Shown here: positions 10,501 through 18,368 of the stretch, one piece after another
Layout: each line of letters starts with the position of its first letter
How positions within the stretch are numbered: position 1 is the stretch's first letter
Virus record (IMG/VR): IMGVR_UViG_3300036830_000465
Coordinates: 1 to 63,641 of that record
DNA length: 63,641 nucleotides
Origin: a virus
Taxonomy: Duplodnaviria > Caudoviricetes
Strand: one strand, 5' to 3'
Made by a program: the position numbers and the translations under genes
The notes under the pieces: model-generated
What the model was told of the DNA's origin: nothing
What the model saw: the letters and a program-made list of their open reading frames with translations, nothing else
Database searches by the model: none

Positions 10501-10684
10501 CGTTCAGCGGAAACGAATCGGCAGCTGGCCAGACAATCAAGTTGTACCAGGTGGACGGATCGGCAAGTACGGCGAGAGGAAACCGGGCCCCATGCCCGGA
10601 CTGCAGGGTGAGGCTCAGTCCCGATAAGGCAGGGCTCGGTGCGGCGAGAACCGTCGAGTAGGCCAGATTCGTTCTCGGGTCCAT
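7532..10684 (-). CDS. Long Ser/Ala/Val-rich coiled-coil fibre protein
   Basis: N-terminal EIVRV...GDVLTL..RAQEGT anchor-like motif; repeated SNETSNR/SVETAAR and S-x-L-S-Q heptads; beta-rich C-terminal domain. Confidence 0.8.
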   Translation of the reverse strand: MDPRTNLAYSTVLAAPSPALSGLSLTLQSGHGARFPLAVLADPSTWYNLIVWPAADSFPLNGSAEIVRVSNRAGDVLTLDARAQEGTAALAIGANDNIARAATAKDFDDIESAFDSESAARESLSAAVSVLAAETAGLGQAASNETSARVAGDDALSAAVSVLSESIAAESASRASVDVQLASGISAVSQQLSVESAARTSVDGVFTAAIALASNAISAIAVGLALVSGLVSTEAVARQGQVDAVSQSASVISQALSNETSNRSSAVNRVSGALSNEQSVRVAAVDSLSQSASVISQALSNETSNRGSAIGQVSNTLSNLASAHDVLSNRVSANSAAGGGSGSVTSTELSNVKSVADAASNAASVVSQGLSVETAARIAKNDLLSNATSVLSQQASVLSQAASILSGALSNEISVRTSAVNAVSQAASVLSQGLSNETSNRTSADAALSNSLSALAASHNTLSNTVSNLVSAGGGSGSVTSNELSAVSAKAASAINVVSNAASIISQALSVESAARVAKDDTLSQGISVLSQQVSTLSQALSLLSQGLSNEASNRASAVNVVSQAASVLSQQASTLSQGVSVASQGLSNEISNRQSAHNALSNSVSILSQQVSLLSQAVSVASQSVSVAANALSNETSNRISGVNAASNAASIVSQAVSIVSTAASNALSVANAASSAASIVSQALSVETAARISKDDTLSQAASVLSQQISVLTAQVSNLTSAHNVLSNRVSANSAVAAGTGSVTSDELSAVSAQAKSAIDVVSNALSNETSNRVSAAAALLNSVSILSQQISVLSQGVSVVSNALSNETSNRISGVNAASNAASIVSNALSAETANRVSAVNALSQGLSVISQQASVISTVLSNEASVRASAVNAVSQDVSVLSQQVSVLSAVVKGPITRVLASPVVISATSLTNIAGLSAAVVAGGIYQLQAFLYTLRGAAAQPYGFGLTFPAMVRARGKVYASGSALQGFQTISVVGQHVPFDGDAASGSVIVSTISATQISAFVTYTGLFVVSTTGVIQLQAKASTTTAAITIEAGSYIQVFKIA

Positions 10685-11383
10685 TTACTCCACCCGCGAA
10701 ATGACATGACAACCCTGATTGGAATTGACCGCGCCTGCCGCATCCAGCCGCAGATGCGCACACCGCCGGTCCGGCACCGAGACCACTTTCAAGCCGGCGC
10801 GAATCGCCGAGAGCGTGAAGAACCCGTCGTGCCCGCCATACTCGAAACTGTTAGGAACCAAATCGAGAAACGGCTTCGGTGTCGCGCTGCCCGGATGACG
10901 CATGCCGGGGGCCAGATCCGTGCGGAACCACGGGTCCGGTAGAACCTCAAAAACGGACCGCTTAATTAACATGCAGCCGGTGCCCAGCGTGTGCAGTTCG
11001 CCATCTAGTGTCCGGATTTCCGAGTTCCGGTTCGGCCCGCCCACTTTCAGGTTGTAGTTGATCGCGGCAACGTCGGCGTCCATGGCCAGCATTTGCGGAA
11101 TGGCGTCGAGGGGCGCCACAACATCCTCTTCGAGAATCCAGGCGTAATCGATCGGCGATTGCAGGAACTCCCGAACCAGCACATTGAAGCTGTCGGGAAT
11201 CGGCAACTCCCATTGCCGGAATTGCCGCACGCGGGACTGAATGCACTCGCTATCGATCGCAACCGACAATGCGAAATCGATCGAGTCCGCAGACTCCGAA
11301 AACTCCAGCCCGCGCGTCGGGCGCAGCACGGCCAGCGAAGGAGGCCCTCCAGCCGCACCGGCCCGATCGCGCAGGATCTCCAT
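10685..11383 (-). CDS. GT-A glycosyltransferase
   Basis: WILEEDVV, GTGCMLIKRSVF, YGGHDGFF; paralog of 17114-17722. Confidence 0.8.
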   Translation of the reverse strand: MEILRDRAGAAGGPPSLAVLRPTRGLEFSESADSIDFALSVAIDSECIQSRVRQFRQWELPIPDSFNVLVREFLQSPIDYAWILEEDVVAPLDAIPQMLAMDADVAAINYNLKVGGPNRNSEIRTLDGELHTLGTGCMLIKRSVFEVLPDPWFRTDLAPGMRHPGSATPKPFLDLVPNSFEYGGHDGFFTLSAIRAGLKVVSVPDRRCAHLRLDAAGAVNSNQGCHVISRVE

Positions 11384-12439
11384 TTACGCGGCCACCAGCA
11401 ATTCAGAGGTATCCACCGCGCAGCGCACCGCCCAGGTCAGGTACGGATCGGAAACACCTTTCAGGATCGTGTCTTCGGAGAGCGTGAAGGTATAGGCGGT
11501 CTGCATGTCGATTTCCGAAAACGCTTCGGCGGAAATCTTCACATGCGGGAACGTCAGCTGGACCTGGTTGTAATAACCGGTCGATCCAATCTGATCGCCC
11601 ACGAAAGTCACACGCAGCTCGCATTCGGTATCGTTTAAAAACAGGTTACGCCGGGCGCTGTCGATGAAGCACACCAGCGAACCGCTGGCCGCCTGATCGC
11701 CAATCAGCGCCTTGCTCAGCAGGTTCTCTTCTCCGGATGCGGCGCCGGGCAGCCACCAGCCCTTGGCGTTCTGGGTGATGTTGAAGCTCATGGACAGCAC
11801 GTCGGTCGAGATGCGCGTGGCGTAGGAGCCACCCGATGCGGCGAACCGGATGTCGGCCTTCAGTAATTTGAAAAACGACTGCGAGGCCGCAAGCGACGGC
11901 ATGGATGTGGCATTGCTGGCCATCTTCCGGGCGAACCCTTCCCAGGCTAAAACGACATGATCGTTACGCTCGGCCTTGACGCTGTAGCTGTTGATGACCG
12001 CGCCGCTGATCAGGTTCTGATATTCACCGCCCATCTTTTCGATGAAGCTGGTGTTGATGCAGTTCGGGTTCGATGACGGCGACTGGAACGTGAACGAATG
12101 GTCATAGACGCTCGGCGCACTGGCGCTGTTGGGCTGCGAGGACGCGAGGCTTCCCAGCACGTTGGCCGCGGCAAACAGCGCCGAAAGTTGCGTCATCGAA
12201 TACTCGCGCGAGGGAATCACCAGGCGCTGGTCGATGTTGTCTTTGAACGTGGCGAAGCTGTGGCCCTTGCCATACCAGGACCGGTCACTGACCTGATCGG
12301 GGAATTCCTGTGTGCTCGGGGTGAAGCCCCGCTGGGGCAGCATTTTGTTGATTTGGGACGCGGTGATTCCGGTCCCGATGGCGCTCTGCTTGTTCAAGGA
12401 GAACGCGAATTGCATCTCTCTGGCTCTTAAAACGGACAT
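11384..12439 (-). CDS. Major tail tube protein
   Basis: 351 aa, strong GAGGAGG RBS, follows neck genes; YDHSFT motif. Confidence 0.75.
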   Translation of the reverse strand: MSVLRAREMQFAFSLNKQSAIGTGITASQINKMLPQRGFTPSTQEFPDQVSDRSWYGKGHSFATFKDNIDQRLVIPSREYSMTQLSALFAAANVLGSLASSQPNSASAPSVYDHSFTFQSPSSNPNCINTSFIEKMGGEYQNLISGAVINSYSVKAERNDHVVLAWEGFARKMASNATSMPSLAASQSFFKLLKADIRFAASGGSYATRISTDVLSMSFNITQNAKGWWLPGAASGEENLLSKALIGDQAASGSLVCFIDSARRNLFLNDTECELRVTFVGDQIGSTGYYNQVQLTFPHVKISAEAFSEIDMQTAYTFTLSEDTILKGVSDPYLTWAVRCAVDTSELLVAA

Positions 12440-12459
12440 GATTTCATCCTCCTCAAACG

Positions 12460-12882
12460 TTACAGATATTCACCGAACAGGATCGTGACTTCGATGGCGC
12501 CGTAGGCTCGCGTTTCCATCCCATAGCTGGGCGCGACCTTCACCACGTTGCCTTTCCACTCTTCCGCGTTCGCGGTGGCCGCCTTGATGGCGTCCTTGAT
12601 CAACTGCGCTTTCTCAATCAGCGTGACGGCGATGTTTTTGTTCGGCTCGGCCGGCACATAGAGCCAAACCTTGAACATCGTCCGGGCATTGAACGGCTCG
12701 ATCCATTTCAGATCTCCACCTACGATCTCCAGCGCCTCGTCATCCCAGATCAGATACATCGCCGGTATGGGCGATGTCGTGGGCGGCAAGGGAATCGGAT
12801 CGATCTTGGGCAGCGTCTCGATTCCATTGAGAACGTCCTCGATCTGTCCGTAGAGCCGTAACAGTCCGTTGCGTTCTGCCAT
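12460..12882 (-). CDS. Tail terminator/completion protein
   Basis: Position and size before the tube gene. Confidence 0.55.
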   Translation of the reverse strand: MAERNGLLRLYGQIEDVLNGIETLPKIDPIPLPPTTSPIPAMYLIWDDEALEIVGGDLKWIEPFNARTMFKVWLYVPAEPNKNIAVTLIEKAQLIKDAIKAATANAEEWKGNVVKVAPSYGMETRAYGAIEVTILFGEYL

Positions 12883-13358
12883 CAGCTTCTCGTGACCCGG
12901 ATGACCCGGTCCTGAAAGCTGTTGCCGATGGCTTTGCTGAATTCGTTCTCCGCGGTATCCGTCATGTAAGGCACCGACTGATCGAGCCCCGGCTGGATGA
13001 ACGGCCGTGCGGCAAACGTTTTCGCGGGAATGTTGGCGCGGCGGCGGAAAATGAATTCACCGCCCACCGCAAACCGCAGGGCTTTGGCGCGAATCGGAAC
13101 GACCGTAAACGCCGGGCGTGTGAATCCCAGCTCCCAGCCCACGCCATAAACGACACTCGTGCCCACGGTAAAACTGTCGTTGGTTTCTGAGGCCTCGTCG
13201 GCAATCGAGCGCACCAGCGTTCCGGTGCGCCGCTTCAGGACCTGCCCGGCGAGGAACTTGTCGCGGATGGTGTTGACCACGTACAGGCGCGATTTCGCGA
13301 CCCACGTTTTCATCGCGCCCAGAATCGCGATGCCGACCGATGAAGTGGAATCGCTCAT
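12882..13358 (-). CDS. Neck protein (HK97 gp10-like)
   Basis: RTGTLVRSI, YGVGWELG, ARPFIQPG; ATGA-coupled start at 13358. Confidence 0.75.
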   Translation of the reverse strand: MSDSTSSVGIAILGAMKTWVAKSRLYVVNTIRDKFLAGQVLKRRTGTLVRSIADEASETNDSFTVGTSVVYGVGWELGFTRPAFTVVPIRAKALRFAVGGEFIFRRRANIPAKTFAARPFIQPGLDQSVPYMTDTAENEFSKAIGNSFQDRVIRVTRS

Positions 13359-14041
13359 CGCGTGGCGCTCGGGAACACGCCACGCTTGAGACCGCGCAGC
13401 ATGCCCAGCTCCTGTTTGGTTAAGTGACAGTCCAGATACGAAGTGGACATCCCGTCCATCGTGATCGAGGACACATTCCACTGGTTATTTTTGAACTGGT
13501 TGAAAATGCGGGCGGCCGCCATGAAGCAAACCGTCCGCATCAGATCGAGATCGCCCGATGCGGCCGCGAGGGTGGAATAGTTGGCCAGCATGTTCATGGT
13601 CCCGGCCGGGAAACCGTAATACGGCCACGCTTCGATCAGGATCCAATCGAGAATCCGGATGATGCCGGTGGCCAGCTCCACCGCGTACACGTTGGGTGGA
13701 ACCGTCGAGGTGGCCGTCACACTGCCATCGGTCGGGCTGCGTTCGGTGACAATGCGCAGGGACGCAAATGCCGACAACGGCGCGCGGCGCAGCATGAGGC
13801 TCCGGACCGGACGGATAATGATGTCGTCCTGGACCACCGGACGCGGGATGGAATATTCCTCGTTGGCAATGGTCAACGCCTCGCCCGTGGCGTTGCATTC
13901 GCGCTTCACCAGCGCTTCGACGGCACGAATGACGATCGATTCCCGGTCCACCTTGCCGCCGCCGAATGTGCCCGCTGCGGCAAAGCCCGCGCACATGGTG
14001 GCGTATTCGAGATTGGTGGCCAGGGTGCCGACGTCAGCCAT
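13355..14041 (-). CDS. Head-tail adaptor
   Basis: Position; SSITMDGMSTSY C-terminal motif typical of adaptors. Confidence 0.6.
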   Translation of the reverse strand: MADVGTLATNLEYATMCAGFAAAGTFGGGKVDRESIVIRAVEALVKRECNATGEALTIANEEYSIPRPVVQDDIIIRPVRSLMLRRAPLSAFASLRIVTERSPTDGSVTATSTVPPNVYAVELATGIIRILDWILIEAWPYYGFPAGTMNMLANYSTLAAASGDLDLMRTVCFMAAARIFNQFKNNQWNVSSITMDGMSTSYLDCHLTKQELGMLRGLKRGVFPSATR

Positions 14042-14582
14042 TCAACTCCTTGATGCGGTTTTCAATCGCGGCAATGACGCCAACGCGGCCGTTCTGAAAT
14101 TCCGGATGCGCTTTCTCTCCAGCCAGCAAGGCCTGGAGCGTGGGCACATCGTTGACGCCGGCAACCAGAGTTTTGGAGTCCGCACTGTTCAGGGAATGGG
14201 TTTCGGTGCCCGCGGCTGAAACTTGGACGGGCTCGGGAGCGGCGGCAACAAGATCGGCGAGCGCAAATTCCTGTCGCTGATCGCCCCAGACGCACAGGGC
14301 CTGGCATTCGGCAATGCGCTCGATCTTCATTTCCGGGCCGCCCGATTTCAGAACAACGGATTGTCCGGGCGCGAGAGCGGCGGGCGGAGGCGGGGCTGCC
14401 GGTGGAACGGCCGGCCGCTGCGCCACATGGGCGACGGCGCCGGTCAGAAGGCGTTCCTGGCGTTCGGTGACCTCCACATAGGGACGGCCTTCATTGTCAG
14501 GATCCCGTTTCATCTGGACGATTTCACCGCCGAGATTCAATTCCAGTTCGTACGCCGGCATGTAGATGCGCTTCAGGGCCAT
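14034..14582 (-). CDS. Post-capsid protein with internal YodC/DUF2158-like domain
   Basis: GQSVVLKSGGPEM.I......CVW motif; helical C-terminus. Confidence 0.65.
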   Translation of the reverse strand: MALKRIYMPAYELELNLGGEIVQMKRDPDNEGRPYVEVTERQERLLTGAVAHVAQRPAVPPAAPPPPAALAPGQSVVLKSGGPEMKIERIAECQALCVWGDQRQEFALADLVAAAPEPVQVSAAGTETHSLNSADSKTLVAGVNDVPTLQALLAGEKAHPEFQNGRVGVIAAIENRIKELNG

Positions 14583-14598
14583 AGAGATCTCCTTCGGA

Positions 14599-14637
14599 AA
14601 GTAATGCGGAAGCCGCCCGGTGAAGGACGGCTCCCGC
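14599..14637 (-). terminator. Stem-loop after capsid gene (terminator/attenuator)
   Basis: 13-bp stem GCGGGAGCCGTCC/GGGCGGCTTCCGC, loop TTCACC, followed by ATTACTTT. Confidence 0.6.
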
Positions 14638-14660
14638 GGATTGCATCGACTGGGCAGCGG

Positions 14661-15683
14661 TTAGGCTGTCGGGTTGATGACTGTGGTACGCGTGGCGATA
14701 TTCAGTCGCACCGTGTGATCCGAAAACGCATCCCCATCGAGAGCGCCAAACTGGATCGCCTTGTGCTTTTCGCTCAAGTCGGTTTCCTGTTTGAATTCGA
14801 CCACCTTCGGCTCCGGACCCACAGAACCGAGAACTTCAATGAATTCCCAGCGCAGCTTGTCCATGGAGACGATGAACGTCGGATAGGCATCCGGAGTTCC
14901 GGCCACTACCGAATTGAAGGGATCGGAAAACACCGGCAACCGGCCGGCCGCGGTGTCGAGATAGGTCACCGGCACGCCCTGAACCAGAGGATCGCTGGGC
15001 TGGATGTACACCATCTTCTCACCCATGATCTCCTGCTCTTGCCGGATGAAATCCGCGACCATCGCATTGGTCAGAATGTGCGTCGGACGCACGTTCTTGG
15101 CTGTGGTGTTGATCATCGTGATCACAGCCGCCCGGATAGCCTTGATGACCGACGTCGAAGCTGAAACCGAAGAACCGCTGCCGCAGAGAATCTTCAATCC
15201 GTCGAAGTCCAGCGGATCGCCCGACGACGTTCCGTTGTAGAACTTGTCGGTCCAGAGCTTCCGCATGGCAACGACCATGTCATTCAGATCCAGCTGTGTC
15301 AGATCGCCGTACTGCTGGCCCTGTTGCGCATAGACAGATCGTCCGTAGATTCCGAACGCCCGGTCGGAGGTCAGCGCCTTGATTTCCCGCGGTGTGCGGG
15401 CGGAGCGTGTCGCCGTAGTCGCCGAATAGTCGATGTTGTTCTTGTCGACCATCCGGGCGGCCCCGAAACCGGTCTGGACAAAGCCGGCCGTCCAGTCGCC
15501 AACGGCCTTGACCTTCTTGACCATTGCCCAGACGGGATACTCCCGCCTCAGGTCGTCGAAGATCACTGGCTCATACTCGTCGTGAATCAGGAAGCCCTCG
15601 CCATACGAAATGTTCGGCGGAACATTGGCGGCCCGCAGAGCGGCCTTCTGATGCGACATTGCGCGAATCGATGAGATATGCAT
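14661..15683 (-). CDS. Major capsid protein (HK97 fold)
   Basis: 340 aa after protease/scaffold; FYNG....PLDFDGL motif. Confidence 0.82.
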   Translation of the reverse strand: MHISSIRAMSHQKAALRAANVPPNISYGEGFLIHDEYEPVIFDDLRREYPVWAMVKKVKAVGDWTAGFVQTGFGAARMVDKNNIDYSATTATRSARTPREIKALTSDRAFGIYGRSVYAQQGQQYGDLTQLDLNDMVVAMRKLWTDKFYNGTSSGDPLDFDGLKILCGSGSSVSASTSVIKAIRAAVITMINTTAKNVRPTHILTNAMVADFIRQEQEIMGEKMVYIQPSDPLVQGVPVTYLDTAAGRLPVFSDPFNSVVAGTPDAYPTFIVSMDKLRWEFIEVLGSVGPEPKVVEFKQETDLSEKHKAIQFGALDGDAFSDHTVRLNIATRTTVINPTA

Positions 15684-15685
15684 TG

Positions 15686-17113
15686 TTAGTTCACCCCCAT
15701 CAGTTCGCGTTCCAGGCGTTTCTTGATTGGGACGATGGAATCAAGCGCACGCTTGCGCTCATCCCCGGTCGTCGAAGCATTGATGTGGGCGATGGCCATA
15801 TTGAAGCCGTCGATTGTGGTTTCTTCTCCGACGACGGAATCCGGCGCCCACCGTTTGACGGTTGCCAAATCGGCGGCCGACAGCTTCATCAGTTCTGCGC
15901 CGGAAAGCGTTTTTCGTTTTCCGTTCTGTTCTTCGGCTCCCGCGCCAACTCCGGCAGTCTTCAGGCCAGCCGTTACCGCAGCGGTAACAGCCTCGGTGAT
16001 GGTTTTCGTCAGATCGGCGGCCGTCAGTGCGACTTCCGGCTTTTTGCCGTCCTCGGTCTTCTCCGGCGCTTTCTTGCCGGCGGCCTCCAGCGCGTCCAGG
16101 CGGGCACCGACTGCCTGTTGCGTGGTTTTCACCTCCGCAATACCGGCTGTCAACGGAGCCAGCAGGGTCGCCATGAGAGCCTTCAATTGCTCTTCATTCA
16201 TGATCGTGTTTCCTTTTAAGGAAAGCTCGGGCTGCGTGCTGCGTGTGCTGGGTGCGCCATGAGCGGGTTGATGGTTTTCGAGATCCGCGGATGCTGCATT
16301 GGGAGGCGGCGGAGTCTCGAGCTTATTGGCGGCCAAATTGGTAAAGAAATAGGCGGCGGCTTCCCGGCGAAGGGCGGTTGCGCCGCGCCATTCGAAATCA
16401 TCCAGAATGAGAATCGTCTCGCCGGGAGCGACTTCAGAATCCAGGTGCGCTTTAAAATTCTTCAGGTCGTAACTGAACCCCAGTTCGCCACTGCGGGCCC
16501 GGTCGATGATTTTGGCAATCAGCGCCGGGTCGGATTTCTTATCCAGGAATCCCGAAGCGTAGACCTGATAGATTTCGGTTCCGGGAACCCGCTCACTGCG
16601 GGAATCGAGAAACTGGCCGATCTGCGCGGCATTGTCGTGACTGTCGAGTCCCTGGGCGGCGAAGACACTCTTACCGATCAGGCCAGCCACGCGCGCATTC
16701 ATCACTTCAACGGGAATCAATACGCGCAAGGGGCCGACGACTTTTCCGGCGTCATCCTTAATAAACTCGGTGCCACCGACACAGCCATCGCTGACATAGC
16801 CGGCACAGGTGACTGTCGCCAGAAACGGCTGTTTGGTCAGGTCGCTGGCGCCGGCCGTCAGCTGCAGCGGGATGTCGGCAAGCTGCAGACTCATCGTCAC
16901 TGGCACGCGAATGGCGCGGGCGGCGGCCCGGAGGCTATCGCCAGTGATGATCGTTTTCGGCAGCCAGCCTTTCCCGTTACAGCGGCCGCAGGCTTCCGGG
17001 ATGCCTTCCTTCAAAACGCGTCCGGATCCATGGCAGGTGCTGCAACTGACACAATCTTTGCAGTTGGGATACGGCCCATTCCAGTCCGGATTTCTGCAGC
17101 GCGCGCACGCCAC
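15686..17113 (-). CDS. Prohead protease/scaffold with N-terminal Cys-rich zinc finger
   Basis: LDSHD...IG and LGFSYD (His/Ser catalytic-type motifs); helical scaffold C-half; CxxCxGxG twice at the N-terminus. Confidence 0.7.
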   Translation of the reverse strand: MACARCRNPDWNGPYPNCKDCVSCSTCHGSGRVLKEGIPEACGRCNGKGWLPKTIITGDSLRAAARAIRVPVTMSLQLADIPLQLTAGASDLTKQPFLATVTCAGYVSDGCVGGTEFIKDDAGKVVGPLRVLIPVEVMNARVAGLIGKSVFAAQGLDSHDNAAQIGQFLDSRSERVPGTEIYQVYASGFLDKKSDPALIAKIIDRARSGELGFSYDLKNFKAHLDSEVAPGETILILDDFEWRGATALRREAAAYFFTNLAANKLETPPPPNAASADLENHQPAHGAPSTRSTQPELSLKGNTIMNEEQLKALMATLLAPLTAGIAEVKTTQQAVGARLDALEAAGKKAPEKTEDGKKPEVALTAADLTKTITEAVTAAVTAGLKTAGVGAGAEEQNGKRKTLSGAELMKLSAADLATVKRWAPDSVVGEETTIDGFNMAIAHINASTTGDERKRALDSIVPIKKRLERELMGVN

Positions 17114-17722
17114 TTAGAGTGCCTCCACTGTGTGGCAGCCGTGATTGCTGTGTGCTTGGCCCATGTGGCGAACCCTCAAATGCTCGACTTCAATTCCGTC
17201 AATGCGGTGAATATCGATTCCTGCCTGCTGGAGCGCGTAGCAGAAGGAAATATCCTGACCACCGTATTGCGTTTCTCCGGCAGACGGCGCGAGCCGCTGA
17301 CGGACGCCATCGCGATCAATCGTGAAACTTCGAGTGGAGAACCAAGGCAAGGGGAGCGTTTGGAAGATCTGCGCAGCAACGAGCGTGCAACCGAGGCCGC
17401 AAAATAACACGCGGCCCGCCTTGTCCAGCGCTGTCGAGCGGCCTCCACCTTCCAAGGCATAGTCGACGCACTGAACCAATTGCGGCGATTGTACATGAGA
17501 AATCAAATCACGCGGAACAACAATGTCTTCCTCGATGTAAAGAATCGATTCACATCCCAGCGACAAGGCCCGCCTGGTGATTTCGTTCTGCGCGCCGGGA
17601 ATCGGTTGATCGTGGGTGAGTAGCAGCCGGGTCTCGATGGCCGTGGCCCGGCGCATTTCCTCGATGGCTTCCATGGTTCGGCTGTGGACAAGGCCGCGGG
17701 AACACAGGCAAATCGCGATCAT
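17114..17722 (-). CDS. GT-A glycosyltransferase in head module
   Basis: LYIEEDIVV, GLGCTLV, YGGQDISF. Confidence 0.8.
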   Translation of the reverse strand: MIAICLCSRGLVHSRTMEAIEEMRRATAIETRLLLTHDQPIPGAQNEITRRALSLGCESILYIEEDIVVPRDLISHVQSPQLVQCVDYALEGGGRSTALDKAGRVLFCGLGCTLVAAQIFQTLPLPWFSTRSFTIDRDGVRQRLAPSAGETQYGGQDISFCYALQQAGIDIHRIDGIEVEHLRVRHMGQAHSNHGCHTVEAL

Positions 17723-17916
17723 TTCGTGATGCGAATCACCGCGCCGGCTTCCGCCGATTCGTGCTCGGCGATCATGGCTTCCATGTCGTCGACGGCTTTT
17801 TGGTGGAGCGCGATCGCTTCTTTGTGCGCGGCAACGCAGGCTTTCATTTTGTTGAGGTTTTTCTTCGAGAGCGCTTTGCCGACAGCTTCGAGGCCTTCAT
17901 TCATTTCAATATCCAT
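17719..17916 (-). CDS. Hypothetical protein
   Basis: Coupled ORF, helical. Confidence 0.55.
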   Translation of the reverse strand: MDIEMNEGLEAVGKALSKKNLNKMKACVAAHKEAIALHQKAVDDMEAMIAEHESAEAGAVIRITK

Positions 17917-18116
17917 CCCGTCAAAAGAGAAATTCCCAATGTGATCGCGCTACCGATCGCGAGCATCCGCAGGCAACTGGGACACAGGCACCGCGGCGGC
18001 TCGGAGCAGTTGACGCACCGGCTGAAATTGAATTTCACGAAACGAAATTGTCCGGAAGGAAGTGCAGCGTTTGGAGCGGAAGGTGGCCGGAGGTTTCGGG
18101 CGGCTGTTTCATTCAA
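17901..18116 (-). CDS. Hypothetical protein (Cys motif plus hydrophobic tail)
   Basis: Overlaps both neighbours in operon fashion. Confidence 0.4.
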   Translation of the reverse strand: MNETAARNLRPPSAPNAALPSGQFRFVKFNFSRCVNCSEPPRCLCPSCLRMLAIGSAITLGISLLTGWILK

Positions 18117-18339
18117 TGATCTCCAGACGGAACCGCCGCTGATATTTCATGCCGCAGCAGTTGAGAATGTGCCGCAGGGCTTCGGCGGTTTTGCCGAGCT
18201 TGCCGATGACCTTACCGATGTCGTTCTTATGCGTCCGCACTTCGAAAATGGTATTTTCCTCGCCGACGATTTCCATGATTTGCACATCTTCGGGATGGTC
18301 GACCAGGGCCTTGACGTTATCTTCAACCAACTGCTTCAT
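18109..18339 (-). CDS. khpA: Single KH-domain RNA-binding protein (KhpA/UPF0109)
   Basis: LVDHPEDV...DIGKVIGKLGKTAEALR; AGGAG RBS; 76 aa. Confidence 0.88.
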   Translation of the reverse strand: MKQLVEDNVKALVDHPEDVQIMEIVGEENTIFEVRTHKNDIGKVIGKLGKTAEALRHILNCCGMKYQRRFRLEIIE

Positions 18340-18368
18340 ATTGAGTTTCTCCTGAGTTAGAGCTTGAG

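Noticed and set aside
9423-10661. 412-aa plus-strand ORF and neighbours opposite the fibre gene
   Set aside because: Antisense shadows of a repetitive, codon-biased gene; no motifs
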